This document shows positions 14,377 through 29,659 of a stretch of DNA of 64,000 bases, in pieces (the stretch's first letter is position 1; each line of letters begins with the position of its first letter). The translations under genes and the position numbers were made by a program. The notes beneath the pieces are model-generated. The model made no database searches and was not told the DNA's origin. It saw nothing but the letters and a program-made list of their open reading frames with translations. Location: NCBI GenBank assembly GCA_964016885.1, contig OZ024749.1, forward strand, positions 42,594,001 to 42,658,000, given 5' to 3'. The DNA comes from Eledone cirrhosa. Lineage: Eukaryota.

Positions 14377-14588
14377 TGTTGTTGTTTAGCAACAGAAAGC
14401 TTTCTGTTCAAGCTCAAACGAGAGTGCTTCTACGTGTTAGAAATAGCAGCCAAATCTCTCACTGCGGTTGTATTTAAAGGAAGAAAACATCACATATATA
14501 CACTCACATAAAATGGACATCCAACGATTTCCAAGATGAATGTTCTAATGGTTTGAACAAGAAACACCCAGCACGTGAAACTAACGTG

Positions 14589-14673
<85 letters not shown>

Positions 14674-16129
14674 CTATAAATAAATATATATATATACTCA
14701 TATATATAAATACACATACACACACACACATAAATACACCCACACAAATATAAATAAATAAATATAATATATATATATATATACTCATATATATAAATAC
14801 ACAAACACACACACACATAAATACACAGACACACACACACACACATATATAAATAAATAAATATATATATATATATATATATATACTCATATATATAAAT
14901 ACACAAACACACAAATACACAAACACACAAACACACACACACATATATATATACTCAATCACACACGTACTCTTTCTATGATGTAAACATGTTAATGTAT
15001 TTAAAAAAGAATCTCATAAAACAACCTCGTCGTGATCGTGCTTTCGTCTTCGGCAATGTCAACAGGTTTTCCCTTTTATTCCTCTACTAGTTATCTCATT
15101 TCTCAAAAGATAGTTGAAGACAAGATTACTAGTGAATGTAGCACAGTGCATTTCAATATAAGAGAGGAAAAACCCTTGGATGAACTCTCTCAATCAAATC
15201 AAGAGAAAAATAAAACAAACACTTCTCTTTTTAACAGCAGCCATTTTTTTTTTGGCAGAGAATTTATGTTTCCTGTTGACCTCGAACGAAGAAATCTAAT
15301 ATAAAAATGGTAACAGTTGCTAAACTCTGTAATGGCATCAAAGAATTCTAACTTAAATTATTGCTTCAGAACAAATGAGCAATGATAAATCTTAAGAACC
15401 TAAATTAAAATTTCGGTAAATTTATCTTTTTTTTTTCTTTTCTTATTTTTTTTCCTTTTATAAATATTAATTTTTATATTTTCTCAATTCGGAAATATTT
15501 GATACGCTATTAGAAAGGTTAACAAATTGCTTCCATCTCCTTAAAGGCTGAAAGACATGTCACTTGTAAATTCCAATTTCCCTAATTATGATATCTTTTA
15601 ACACATTAACATTTATATTACTGAACGGATTCACTGAGTATGAAGTGTCAAAATGAACGAAAATATTTCACATTTATGTTACAGTTCCAACAAATGATTT
15701 ATCACTAGAACTATCATAGGTCAGTGATAAATCTTAGAAATAAAGGATTTTAAACGTCAGACAGGGTAAATTACGGCTTAGATAGATGACTTCAGTGTCT
15801 AAATATCCCATTTTTTTTTCGTTAGATGTTAGTAAATTTTTTATCAGGACGTATGCTTCATGCTTCTACAGGTGTCTGCTTTTAAAGCATCACTTAGCAT
15901 ATACACGACAATCAAATTATCTCATGTGCGTTTCTATAACTTTATAAAATCTTTCATGTGTAAATACGAAGATTTGCGTTTCTGAGCTGAATTGGAAGTA
16001 TTGTAAAATGTTTTAATAACTTTGAATAAATTTGAAATTCATTTTTTAAAATAAAAAGCAAACAAAAAAAACAAACAAACAAAAACCCATAGAAAAAACT
16101 TGAATAATAAATTGAATATCAGTACTTAC

Positions 16130-16468
16130 ATAATATCCTAAAATACTTCTTAATTGATTTTGAAGATGGTACCCTTTGTATTTCACATTCGTAATGGCCC
16201 TCATCGTGACAGGTTATCTGTGACAAAGTTAGCGACACCTTCACATTGCCTGAATCAAGACTGTGTACTTCTGTCTTGACACGGTTCATATAACGTGGTT
16301 GTAACCAGGCGGGGCCTGTTCTGTTGTTGACGTGAACCAACGCTGTGTCATCTCTCTTAAACGCAACCGCATAAACATGTGATTTGTAATAATCGCTACA
16401 CGTCATCGTAACACTGGCCTTTCCTGAAGAGAGGGTGCCTCGAATTTTGAAGTCTAATGCTCCATTGT
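16130..16468 (-). CDS. Internal coding exon encoding one immunoglobulin V-like domain (Ig-superfamily protein)
   Basis: Acceptor ttttcttctctttgtgtttcag|AC, donor T|gtaagt; 339 bp, phase 1-1, no stops; NGALDFKIRG...VTMTCSDY...VYAVAFKR...RYMNRV...VSLTLSQITCHDEGHYECEI has the B-strand Cys and the L.I/L...D.G.Y.C F-strand motif. Confidence 0.85.
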
Positions 16469-16564
16469 CTGAAACACAAAGAGAAGAAAATGTTTGGTAG
16501 TTTAAGCATGGCCATTGTTTGGTTAGATTTTTAAATAAAAGACCCTCATTATCTATAACAAATA

Positions 16565-16755
16565 CGGTGGATTGGCAGTATTAGTAGTAGAGAGTCGGAC
16601 GCCATGCTTTGCAGCATAGAGTTACGGCCCTTTATGATCTGAGTTCAAATCCCACCCAGGTTAACTTTGCCTTTCATCCTTACGGGGTCGATAAAATAAA
16701 GTACCAGTAATACACTGGGATAATTGTTGGCCTTGTGCCAAAAATAGAAACAGTT
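16565..16755 (+). mobile_element. tRNA-derived SINE, main family (Meta/MESC-like central domain)
   Basis: ttggcag A box, gagttcaaatcc B box, gcctttcatccttacggggtcgataaaataaagtaccagt core, ggccttgtgcc...tagaaac 3' end. Confidence 0.85.
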
Positions 16756-17159
16756 ATCTATTACAAATATGTAAATAAATCACATGCACTGACATAGGAA
16801 TTCAGGTGATATAAAGAAGGAAGGGTGTGAGAGGGTGGAGAGCCATAGAGACCCCCCCCCCCACTTCAGTCATAGCTTACCATGAAGTTGCACATGGAAA
16901 GTTCCTTTCCAGAGTGCAAGCCAGGGCAAGGTATTTTGTGGAAGACCCCCGCAGTCACTCATGCATGATAACCTCTAGTTTTTCACACCAATTTTCCAAA
17001 CACAGTTTCGAGTTCACTCTCACTGCGAGACACTCTGAGCAAGTGCATTCTACCTGTTAATTACAGACCAACTACACTCCTTTTAAAGGGCTTCCAAACA
17101 GTGTCTAACTACACAATTTCATGAAAAAAAGGCTGTAATCTATATGTATAATAGTGAAA

Positions 17160-17368
17160 TCCCACTAGAAGGAAGACGCAGTAGAGGAAGACCACGAAAA
17201 ACACGGGCGGAGGTGGTTAGAGCAGACCTCAGATCGCTGAAACTCACGGAGGAGATGACGAAGGACCGTGACAAGTGGAGAGATGCTGTGCTGAATAAGA
17301 CCCGTCCCACCCTTGCAAGTAGGGAAAAGCCGACGTAAAATGATGATGATGATAAAATGATGATGATG
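17160..17368 (+). mobile_element. 3' end of an RTE-clade LINE
   Basis: EGRRSRGRPRKT..EVVRADL...LTEEMTKDRDKWR..V...RPT, stop, then a (GAT)n tail, typical of the RTE ORF C-terminus. Confidence 0.8.
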
Positions 17369-17599
17369 TAGAATCTGAAGAAAGGGGAGATTATCTACAG
17401 CAGCAAATTTTAAGTAAACATTTGCAAAGTGGAAAAAACAAACAAAGCATTATTCCATATGACTAAATTGTTTCTTCTATTTGCGGACCTATAAGTGTAA
17501 CACTTTAACAATAGCGCCCCTGCTGCTAAACGAAATTATATTTTAAAACAAGAATACAAAAGTGACAGCAAGCACTAAGTGTTGAGACATAAAATTGAC

Positions 17600-17634
<35 letters not shown>

Positions 17635-17640
17635 CAATAA

Positions 17641-17831
17641 TAATTGTTTCTACTTTTGGCACAAGGCCAGCAAATTACCAAGTACATTACTGGTACTTTA
17701 CTTTATTGACCCCATAAGGATGAAAGGCAAAGTTAACCTCGGCGGGATTTGAACTCAGACCGCAAAGGGACGTAACTATGCTCGAAAGCATGGTGTCCGA
17801 CCCTCCACCGATATTGCTAATTCACCGCCCT
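17641..17831 (-). mobile_element. Main-family SINE
   Basis: Reverse complement of the 16565 element with an (ATT)n tail. Confidence 0.85.
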
Positions 17832-18150
17832 TAATAACAATAATAATAATAATAATAATTCTGTTGACCAAATGATAGAAGAAGCTGATGAATATCGGTA
17901 GATCTAGGCAGTATACTAAATTTCACTTTATAATTTTCTTGTTAAGGGTCAATTGTATGTTTATTTTGCTCTTTTTTTTACAGAGGTCAGTATTCTCCCG
18001 GTAAATATGAACAAAAACCAAAATGTAAGAAAAAAAAAAAAAAATTTAATATAAATAGTTCGACTTTAGTTATTTCACTTCTTTTATAGAAAAAAAACAA
18101 AACAAAACAAGTTTTTATTTGTATGAGGTTGATCTTTGAAATAATCCTCC

Positions 18151-18217
<67 letters not shown>

Positions 18218-18379
18218 AAAATTAACTCGAATATCGGGTTTTGAAACGCGAGTGTAGTAGAATTCGTAGGAAAATAGAAACACTTGGCGTAAGGAAACTA
18301 TTAAAACACCAAAATGCCGTCGAAACGGCGTTGGGTTAAACATTACCTCAAAGGACAGAAATCAGCGGCTCGAGGTGAG

Positions 18380-18437
<58 letters not shown>

Positions 18438-18467
18438 AAAGAAAGTGGGAGAGAGATAGAGAGATAG

Positions 18468-18528
<61 letters not shown>

Positions 18529-19420
18529 AATGTGATATAAATATCTATGTGAACACTTCTACACACAAAACCGAGGGTCGTCATTCATAAAATAGATTTT
18601 ATCCCATGCTGTTGCAATGCCGTCCGGCGAATATTTCAGGTCTCTGTGAGTTAAACAATGAAATCTTGGTGTCCGTTCTGTATTTCAGTGTGTTTGTCTG
18701 TTGCTATGACACAAGAGACGACGACGATGCCGACGATGATGATGTTGATGGTGACGATGATGATGGTGATAACAATGGTGACGATGAGATATATCACTTC
18801 GAAATCAATGTGTTTCATTCTTGACGAAGACTTGTCTCCCTTTATGGTCTCTATATTCCACACACAGGATTGTTTGAAACCTGGACTAATCAGAGAAAAG
18901 AACATGCTGCCAGCAATATCATACGGCCTAACATTTCCTTTGCTCAGACTTTTCCAGGCCTTTCACTCATCGTCCCGACGCTGTTCGTATATTATGAATA
19001 TAAAACATTCCTTCTTCATATATCGGTTGTTGTATGATTAGAAGAAAAACCCATTGAATTGGCAATTTGAATTGATTATAAAATAAAGGAATAAGATAAA
19101 GAAATAAAGGAAAGAAAAGGAAAGAAACACCAACAAAACATTTCGAAAGTCACGATGCACTGTTCATTGCAACAAATATCATTGTTAACACAAATACCAT
19201 ACAACAGCCAGCAACAATAACAGTAACAACATCACTACAACTGTAAAAACGCCACCGTAACTGTAACAACATAACAACAGTAACAATGACATCGCAACAC
19301 TAACAACACTATCACGAGAGTATCACAACTACTACAGCAGTAACAACATCGCAACAGTATCAATATCATGGCAGCACCAACAACACTGTCGCAATAGTAA
19401 CAACAGTATCACAACAATAA

Positions 19421-19610
19421 CAACACTGTCGGAATAGCAAGAACACTGTCGGAATAGCAAGAACACTGTCGGAATAGCAAGAACACTGCCGGAATAGCAA
19501 CAACACTGTCGAATTAGCAACAACAATACCGAAATAGCAACAACACTGCCGCAACAGTAATAACACTGTAGCGACACTGACAACACTGTCACAACACTGT
19601 CGAATTAGCA
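19421..19610. repeat. 20-bp minisatellite (aacactgtcggaatagcaag)
   Basis: Several near-exact units at 19421-19520, degenerating on both sides. Confidence 0.8.
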
Positions 19611-19787
19611 ACACTAACGGAGCAGAAGCAATTCTATCGTAACAGTAACAACACTAGCAGCACTGTCGCAACACGGCAACACCAACGGGACAGAAGCAAT
19701 TCCATGGCAACAGAAAGAACTAGCAACACAAGTGAACGAAGGAGTTTTTATTTGGTCACATGGCGTGCTACAAATAGTATATATATA

Positions 19788-20650
19788 TCTAATATATATT
19801 TGTGAAATGGGTGGTGGTTGAAATTCAGATGTGCACGGTTAAATGGTAGTAGACGTGGTCGGACGGGCATGAACATTTACACACCTATGTAAAAAGTGCC
19901 AAGGAAGAAAATAGACGAGGTTTCAAATCTCTAACTTGAAAAATGTGGTCCCTAGGGCCCCCAAACGGTCTATTTACTATCGCGTTCGGTGAGTTATTTC
20001 CCCTTGTTCTAATACTTGGATGAGTTATTTACAATTTCATACACATTTTAAAACTCATCATCAACGTTCTTTCGCTGTTAACATACAGTACCAATAATTT
20101 GAAAAATATTATTGAAAGTTTATTATAGAGAAGCAGTTTCAGGAAAAAAAATAGAAATATGCACTTGGGGCTGGACGGCGTACAATAAGAAGTGGAGCGA
20201 CGTGAAAAGCGAAATAGCAAAGTCGATGATATGCAAGTTTGAAAATGCAGATTAATAAACTGTTGCTTTCTACAATACGTTTCATTTTCACAGTACCGTT
20301 TTATGAAATCGATTCTGCAGTACGGTCACTGTTTTCCATCAAAAGAAATAAAACCCTTAAATTGCGAAGAAGGGACGCGTGTTTTTATTTTAATTCTAAT
20401 ACATGTTAACCACCACTAACTGTAAGTAGTATTTTTCAAATTGCATATCATCGACATTGCTATTTCGCTGTTAATAAACAACGCTTTTCACGTCGCTCCA
20501 CTTCTCATTGTACGCCGTCCAGCCCCAAGTGCATATTTCTATTTTTTTCTTCCTGAAACTGCTTCTTTATAATAAACTTTCAATAATAATATTTTTCAAA
20601 TTAGTAACTTAATAAAAAGTGGCCCCGAGTGCAACCGGGCTCAGCTGCTA

Positions 20651-20651
<1 letters not shown>
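19788..20651 (+). mobile_element. Non-autonomous Helitron
   Basis: A|TCTAATATAT 5' end; 3' GC hairpin cccg-agtgcaac-cggg followed by CTAG|T; inserted in (TA)n; contains a long internal inverted repeat. Confidence 0.7.
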
Positions 20652-20714
<63 letters not shown>

Positions 20715-21173
20715 AACTATTCTGGAGACCAGCTGGTGCACACGATTCTGAGAAACACCAACCAAGAAGAGTAAGAAGCTATTGTATAACTACACTACTG
20801 CGAAAGCAATAATTTCTTCATCCATAATATAAATTTATATGACTCATTGTAATCCTTCGTGTTCTTGGTTATATGACTAAAAATGTCTAAGAAATAATTT
20901 TGGTAAAGGAAAAAAAAAAAAAAAAAAAGAAAAAAAAAATCAATAGTGAAAAATTGAGATTTCAGTCCAAGACAAAGATGACATTTTGAGAAAATATTTC
21001 CAATTTATAAGTGAATCAATAACGATATATAAATCTATTGGAAAGATTAGGATTTAAGATTATACGTTGTTGGTATCTAAGTTCTAATCAGCAGCATTGG
21101 TTCCATAGTCTCCAAATGTGTCGTGTCTTTTGTTTTTACGTGACGAATTGAATGACTTAAAGACGAAGATATA

Positions 21174-21259
<86 letters not shown>

Positions 21260-21261
<2 letters not shown>

Positions 21262-21430
21262 GAAATGGCTTCCACACGACTAGAACTGTTTCATTCAATC
21301 CTGATGATTTATTTCGAATGAAACAGTTTTAGTACTGTAGAAGCCATTTCTATATTGCATTTTGTATATACTCTACAAATGTATTGAGTACTTCGCTTAC
21401 TGTGGTTACCCCCAATTGAACCCGGGAGTC
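21260..21430 (+). mobile_element. Family B PLE-like fold-back remnant with hammerhead core
   Basis: Inverted arm 21260-21297, then CTGATGA 21301-21307, GAAA 21320-21323, cag...ctgTA-gaagcc and tail; 5' stem I strand truncated. Confidence 0.75.
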
Positions 21431-21578
21431 ACACACACACACACACACATATATATACGTATATATATGGCCGACTGAATACGCACATGTGTTTTTTATA
21501 TACATATATATACACACAATATATATATATACACACACACATATATATATACACACACACATATATATATACACACAC

Positions 21579-21609
<31 letters not shown>

Positions 21610-21910
21610 TGCACACACATATATATGTATATACATACATGTGTATATACATATATATATATACACATATATATGCACACATATATATACATATATATAT
21701 ATGCATATACATGCACACATATATATACATATATATATATGCATATACATACATATATATATATACATATATATATATGCATATACATACATATATATAT
21801 ATACATATATATATATGCATATACATACATATATATATATACATATATATATATGCATATACATACATATATATATATACATATATATATATGCATATAC
21901 ATATATGCAT

Positions 21911-21979
<69 letters not shown>

Positions 21980-22130
21980 TATATACACACATATATATAT
22001 ACACACATATATATACACACACATATATATATACACACACATATATACACACATATATACACACACATATATATATACACACACATATATATACATATAT
22101 ATATATACATATATATATATACACACATAT

Positions 22131-22162
<32 letters not shown>

Positions 22163-22404
22163 ATATTGACGTATACACTAATCTCTCTCTCTTTTATATA
22201 TATATACACATATATGTACATACATATATATGTACATACATATATATCTATATTATACATATATATGTATATTATACATATATATTAAATTAAGTTATAC
22301 ACGAATATATATATACATATATATATAAACTTGCGCGCGAATACACACACACACACATCTATATGAACATAAAGGATCGTGAGGAAGAAAGAGATATAGG
22401 GAGA

Positions 22405-22498
<94 letters not shown>

Positions 22499-23646
22499 AG
22501 TAAAAGGTAAAAAAAAAGGAGAAACACAAGCTGATCACATCCAATAAAAATCATTAACATTTCTACAAAAATAATATAGGAAAAATAACTAGAAAAATAT
22601 TGCTTTGGATAAAATGAACAGAAAATTTATTGTTTGTTTCTCTTTAAATTTGGTTTATTTTTCTTTCTAGTATTCTACGAAGAATCTCATTCTAAGTTAG
22701 ATAAATGAATGAAACAATATTATATCTGGCACACACAAAAAAGAGAGAGTAAAAAAAACTAAAAAAATAAAACAACGTAACAGAGAGGAACGGCAGAATA
22801 TTTTAAGATAAAATTTATAAAACGAACGACAAAAAAAATCAAAATGGAAGACAAAATGCAGTCAATCATTTCGTGTAGTTATCTTGTATTTTGTTAGGTT
22901 AAAATTGATTAATTTTTAAGCAGCAGAATACAATAAATAATAGATATTATGTAGTTTATTAGATTGTACTTTAATGTTATTGAACTTTATATTTCAAGGA
23001 AAAACCCACACACATCCACGAAGAAAATAAATCTATTCGTTACATTTTACAGAAGATTTTCTTTAAAAAAACGAAACAAAATAAAATAAGATAAGATGAA
23101 AGAACGTAAAGTAAAATCCTAAGTTTATAAGTGAATCATTTATCAGAATTGATAAATATATAATGAAGCCAACGTAATCACTTATCGTTGCTTTGAGAAT
23201 TTGTTTAGTAGTCGATAAATAAAGATTTAGATATCTATTCTCGATTCTTAATTTATATATTCTCCAGAATTATGATAAAATAGTCGAAACGAAAGATTTC
23301 GCTAAATTTCCTATTTGTTTAAACACTGACTCTGTTGACATAGATGATGATATTGTATTTGCTTTAAGCTTCCGCGTTTCGAAGATAAATATTTATTTAT
23401 AGCATAAACGAGTGTTTGGAATGTAGTCGATAGATTGAACTTTCGTATCAAGAGATATGTATCCAACAGTGTAAGGATGTAGCGACAAATTGATTTCGTG
23501 GTCTGGGATATTGTCTTTTGTGACGATCGTGTCTTTCTCAACTGAAGCGCCTTACATGATTACAATGAGCCCCCGTCGTTTTCAACGATGAATGCTCCAG
23601 CTGTTCGACCAACCAATTCGTCCATGCCGCGTCCACGTAGCTAATA

Positions 23647-23775
23647 TGAGGGTCGGCTAAAATGTTCATAGTCTGACTATGAAGGAATGATGCCAGAGCT
23701 GTTGAAAAATAAACAGCATTTGGTCATTCCATGAGAGTATCTTGGTTAGCCTTTGAACATTCCAGCTGATCTTCG
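23647..23775. mobile_element. Tc1/mariner-type MITE
   Basis: TA-flanked imperfect TIRs tgagggtcggctaaaatgttcatagtctgac / gttagcctttgaacattccagctgatcttcg; longer copy at 33371. Confidence 0.6.
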
Positions 23776-23789
23776 TATATCGAGTCTAA

Positions 23790-24410
23790 CATTGACAAAA
23801 CAACAACGGAAACGACGGCAGCGACAACAGCAGCAGCAGCAACAACAATGGCAATGACAACAGCAGCAGCGTCAATAGCAGCAACGGCAACGACAACAAT
23901 AGGAACAACAACAGCAACAGCAGCAGCAGCAGCAGCAACAACAACGACTGCAGCAACAACAACACCAACAACGAAAGCAACAACAACAACAACGCAACGG
24001 CAACAACAAAACAACTGCAGCAACAACAACAGCAGCGACAACAGCGGGAGCAACAACAGTGACGCCAACAATAACAGCAACAACAACAACAACAACGATA
24101 ACAACAATAACAACAACAACAACAACGGCAATAGCAACAACAACAACAACAGCAACACGGACAAAAACAAGAACAACAACAGCAACAAGAGCAGCAGCAG
24201 CAGCAACAACAACAACAGCAACAACAACAACAACAACAACAGCAGCAATAACGACAGCAGCAAGAACAACAACAACAGCAAGAGCAGCAACAATAACAAC
24301 AACAACAGCAGCAACAACAGCAGCAACAACGACAGCAACAACAACAACAACAACGAGGACATCATCAACACCACCAACAACACCAACACCAACAACAACA
24401 ACACCAAATC
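23790..24410. repeat. (CAA/CAG)n trinucleotide tract
   Basis: Direct reading. Confidence 0.95.
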
Positions 24411-24619
24411 AGGTCTAATCACCCACGCCAGTTAGGACCGTATTTCATAGGTAAAAGCCGCTCAAGCCACATTATAAAACATCTGAAGTAAAGCAAGTCC
24501 TATTTTGATTACAAACGATAAATGAATTAAACCTTGTAGCTTTTAACTGGAGTTTTATGGTTGCTGTTAATGTTAGTGTTGTTAGTTTGGTCTTAATGGT
24601 ATCGGCAGGGATGATGTTG

Positions 24620-25350
24620 GTTGGTGGTGGTTGGTGGTGGTGGTAGTGGTGGTTGGTTTGGTGGTGGTGTTGGTGGTGGTGGTGGTGATGGTGGTGGTGG
24701 TGGTGGTGGTGGTGGTGGTTGGTTTGGTGGTGGTGTTGGTGGTGGTGGTGGTGATGGTGGTGGTGATGGTGGTGGTGGTTGGTTTGGTGGTGGTGGTTGG
24801 TTTGGTGGTGGTGGTTGGTTTGGTGGTGGTGTTGGTGGTGGTGGTGATGGTGGTGATGGTGGTGATGGTGTTGGTGGTGGTGGTGATGGTGGTGGTTGGT
24901 TTGGTGGTGGTGTTGGTGGTGGTTGGTGGTGTTGGTGGTGATGGTGGTGGTTGGTTTGGTGGTGGTGTCGGTGGTGGTGGTGAAGGTGCTGGTTGGTTTG
25001 GTGGTGGTGTTGGTGGTTGGTTTGGTGGTGGTGTTGGTGGTGGTGGTGATGGTGCTGGTTGGTTTGGTGGTGGTGTTGGTGGTTGGTTTGGTGGTGGTGG
25101 TGATGGTGGTGATGGTGGTGATGGTGGTGATGGTGGTGGTTGTGTTGGTGGTGGTGGTGTTGGTGGTGGTTGGTTTGGTGGTGATGGTGGTGGTTGATTT
25201 GGTGGTGGTGTTGGTGGTGTTTGTTGTGGTGTTTGTGGTGGTGGTTGTATCAGTGTTGTTGTTCGTAGTGGCGGTGGTGATGATGGTGGTGTTGGTAGTG
25301 ATGGTGATGATGATGGTGGTGGTGGTGGTGGTGGTGGTGGTGGTGGTGGT
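24620..25350. repeat. (GGT)n tract with recurring ggttggttt interruptions
   Basis: Direct reading. Confidence 0.95.
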
Positions 25351-25538
25351 GCTGAGCTTCATAAGCTGTAATGTTAGCGATGTCAACATGGCTAACATTA
25401 CAGGTTATGAAGTTGACCTGTCAGGGCCAACCAACAATACCATTTCATATGAGCCATGTCAACAATAAATATCTATCTACCCGCTACTTGTGTGTGTGTG
25501 TGTGGTGTGTGTACGTGTGTGTACGTGTGTGTGTGAGT

Positions 25539-25578
<40 letters not shown>

Positions 25579-25754
25579 CTGTGTGTGTGTATGTGTGTGT
25601 ACGCGCGCGCGTGCGCGTGTGCGTGTGCGTGTGTGTGTCACATGACACGAATCTATCTCTCTCTCTGTCTCTCGTTCTCACACTAAGCACGTGTGACCTC
25701 ACAAAAGACGTGTTCATACCTGTTACACAAATCTGCACTCACACACGCACACAA

Positions 25755-25793
<39 letters not shown>

Positions 25794-25794
25794 C

Positions 25795-25867
<73 letters not shown>

Positions 25868-26354
25868 CATACACATATACACACACATATATATACACAC
25901 ACACATATTCACACACACACACACACACATATACACATACATATACACACATATATATATACACACATATATATACACACATATATACACACACATATAT
26001 ACACACATATATATACACACAGACACACATATATATATATACACACACACATATATATATATATACACACACTCATTCACATGATAGCCATATTTCCCTG
26101 TATATATGCAAGTGGTCTGCCATTCTTCAGTCAGGGAGGGGGAAAAAGAGTCGATAACAAATGTGAAGTTATCACCTCACAACGACACCTTAATCCTCAA
26201 CAGTAGCATATATTATATGATACACTGTACACCCTGTCACAGCGCTAAAGATATTTCAACAGAAGACCATGTTATACTGAGAATTAAATTACACTGATGG
26301 CTGTGTTAGAGTGAAGACCAAAACCTTTATTACGTATACTACTGATGCAATATA

Positions 26355-26520
26355 GGCGGTGAATTGGCAGAGTCGTTAGAACGTCGGATAGAATGCTTTG
26401 TGGCATTCGTTTTGGCCCTCTGTTCTCTGAGTTCAAATCTCACTGAGGTCAACTTTACAGTTCATCCTTTCGAGGTCGATACACAAATTACTTCCAGTCA
26501 AGTACTGGTGTCGATACTTA
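26355..26520 (+). mobile_element. SINE, subfamily 2
   Basis: ggcggtgaattggcagagtcgttagaacgtcggatagaatgc...gagttcaaatc...catcctttcgaggtcgata. Confidence 0.75.
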
Positions 26521-26734
26521 CTTTATATCTCTTTCCCGAATAGAAAACTTTGCGGTACTCGTTTCGGTTCTCTGCTCTCTGAGTTCAAATGGAGTCATAT
26601 CGCTCTCACTCTCTCACTCTCTCTCTCTCCCTCTCTCTATATATATAGTAATGATAATAAATTTGAAGACTAAAATCCAAAGAGTGCTCGATAAGGATAA
26701 ATATTTACTTCTACGTTCTCAGATTGATATTTTT

Positions 26735-26784
26735 AGTTTCAGAAGATCCCGTTAAGTGTGAAAGCACCGATTTTAGCTTCAACT
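26735..26784 (+). ncRNA. Variant hammerhead-like motif (family F, CAGAAGA core)
   Basis: agttt-CAGAAGA-tcccgttaagtgt-GAAA-gc...gcTT-caact; more diverged than the 39522 copy. Confidence 0.45.
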
Positions 26785-26819
26785 TTAATCTGTTATTTTA
26801 ATATATATATATATATATT

Positions 26820-26980
26820 ATTAATAAGGATAAATAGTGAATCTTGTTACTTTGGAGTTTCACCTGAGACGTAGGTGAAACTCCAGAGAAACAAGACCCA
26901 CTATTTAGTCGTAATAAAATGAATATTTAAACTCTACTTCGGTATTGAGTATTCTTTTCTATGAACCGTTAACTAAATAC
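26820..26980 (+). mobile_element. Family G PLE-like fold-back remnant
   Basis: Inverted arms 26831-26865 / 26873-26907 with consensus GAAActc-ca-gagTA-acaaga (hammerhead 3' half); tail hairpin at 26931-26950. Confidence 0.6.
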
Positions 26981-26984
26981 GAAT

Positions 26985-27823
<839 letters not shown>

Positions 27824-29097
27824 AGCAAGGAACCTTAGTGAATCAATTTTCATCTAACACAATCATATTTCGCACGTGTCACATGGTCTGTCTACTTTGA
27901 TCTTGTGTCTCGAATTCAATGACGTCACACGAGAAATAATAAAACAGGGTGTTTCTAATCTAAAACTCACACACAGTACAAAATAATAAAAATAATAGAC
28001 AAAATAGTTTGATAAAAGAAATAGTTTAGGAATATATTAGGCATCGCGGATAGAATATAGAATATAGTCCTATTGATTAAATTTCATACATAGATGAGAA
28101 AATGGATCTTAGGAGACGAAAAACTTGTCAAATATGACAAGTTTGTATTCAATACGTTTTACACCAGTGACTCGCAATTTCGAATTTCTAATCTGAGAAA
28201 TGTTAAAATTTCTCTGAAATATAATAAAGATAATGAAAGAAAAAAATATATATACATATATATATATTTTTCTTTCTTCTCCAATAAGGAAACAAAAACC
28301 CGTCAAATAAACAACATTATTTATTAACAAATATAAACAATAACAGATATACATATATATACATATACATATATACACATATATATATACACACATATAT
28401 ATATACACATATATATACATACACATATATATATATATACACACATATATATATATATATACACACACACACATATATATATATACACACACACATATAT
28501 ATATATACACACACACACATATATATATATATATACACACACACATATATATATATATACACACATATATACATATATATATACACATATATACATATAT
28601 ATATACACATATATACATATATATATACACATATATACATATATATATACACATATATACATATATATATACACATATATACATATATATATACACATAT
28701 ATACATATATGCGTACACATATATACATATATATATACACATATATACATATATATATATATACACATATATACATATATATATACACATATATACATAT
28801 ATATATACACATATATACATATATATACATATATATATACACATATATACACACATATATACATATATATATATATACACATATATACATATATACACAC
28901 ACACATATATATATATATGCAGAAGTTATATTTAATTTGTTGGGATTCCAACAAACTTAAAGGTTTATAACTGATATAGAGCACTCAACAGTATACATGA
29001 GTAAATATTCAATATATAGTTAACACACATATATAGTTTCCATTTATTAATATATTGTATATATATATATATACACACATATATATACACACACACG

Positions 29098-29144
<47 letters not shown>

Positions 29145-29659
29145 CGAGAGAGAAAGAGAGAGGAAGAGAGAGATAAACGAGAAACAAAACGACACCAAGA
29201 CAGTAAGAGAAATCTTGTAAGTAATTAAAGAAAGAGAAATGAAAATATATAAAAAACTATTTTTGGTTCAAGTATTTGTATTTAGAAATGAAAGAATTGA
29301 TTTTTGAACTATTTACAGCTCCGTCTATTTTTATAGTATTATGATATTTTCAGCAGGCAATTTAACAAGAAGGACTGATTTCATAGCTTAATTTGTGGCG
29401 ACCATCTTGAATTTTGTTTAAATGCATAGAAAAATATTCACAGTTTTAGTACTTTTAGTAAATATGGTAACAGCTTGGTCGATTTCAGAAAGAATTGATT
29501 TTACAATGAAGATGTTTTGTGTTCGACCCCACTTGATATCTTGATATCTTAAACAATTGTCTTTTATGACAGCTTCGGGTTAACTCAAGCTGTGTGAGCG
29601 AAATTTGGAAGACGGAAAATATTTGAAAGGAGATCGGATGTAATTCAAAAGGCCAGCTG

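Noticed and set aside
16565-16660. tRNA-like A/B boxes
   Set aside because: These are SINE heads without a cloverleaf, not tRNA genes
17965-18006. Plus-strand polypyrimidine-cag followed closely by gtcagt/gtaaat (micro-exon?)
   Set aside because: No supporting plus-strand gene; such motifs are common in AT-rich DNA
18300-18380. gccgtcGAAAcggcgtt island between (TA)n tracts (similar island at 3410-3480)
   Set aside because: Possibly further PLE remnants, but no CUGANGA strand, fold-back arm or tail hairpin could be shown
18651-18905. Hydrophobic ORF that could be a signal/TM exon of the Ig gene
   Set aside because: Hydrophobicity comes from an (ATC)n repeat and it ends in a stop with no donor; the nearby MLGRMILLAACSFL also stops
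24472-25398. Thr/His-rich mucin-like ORF on the same strand as the Ig exon
   Set aside because: It is a (GGT)n repeat whose register shifts from Thr-rich to His-rich; no convincing splice sites identified
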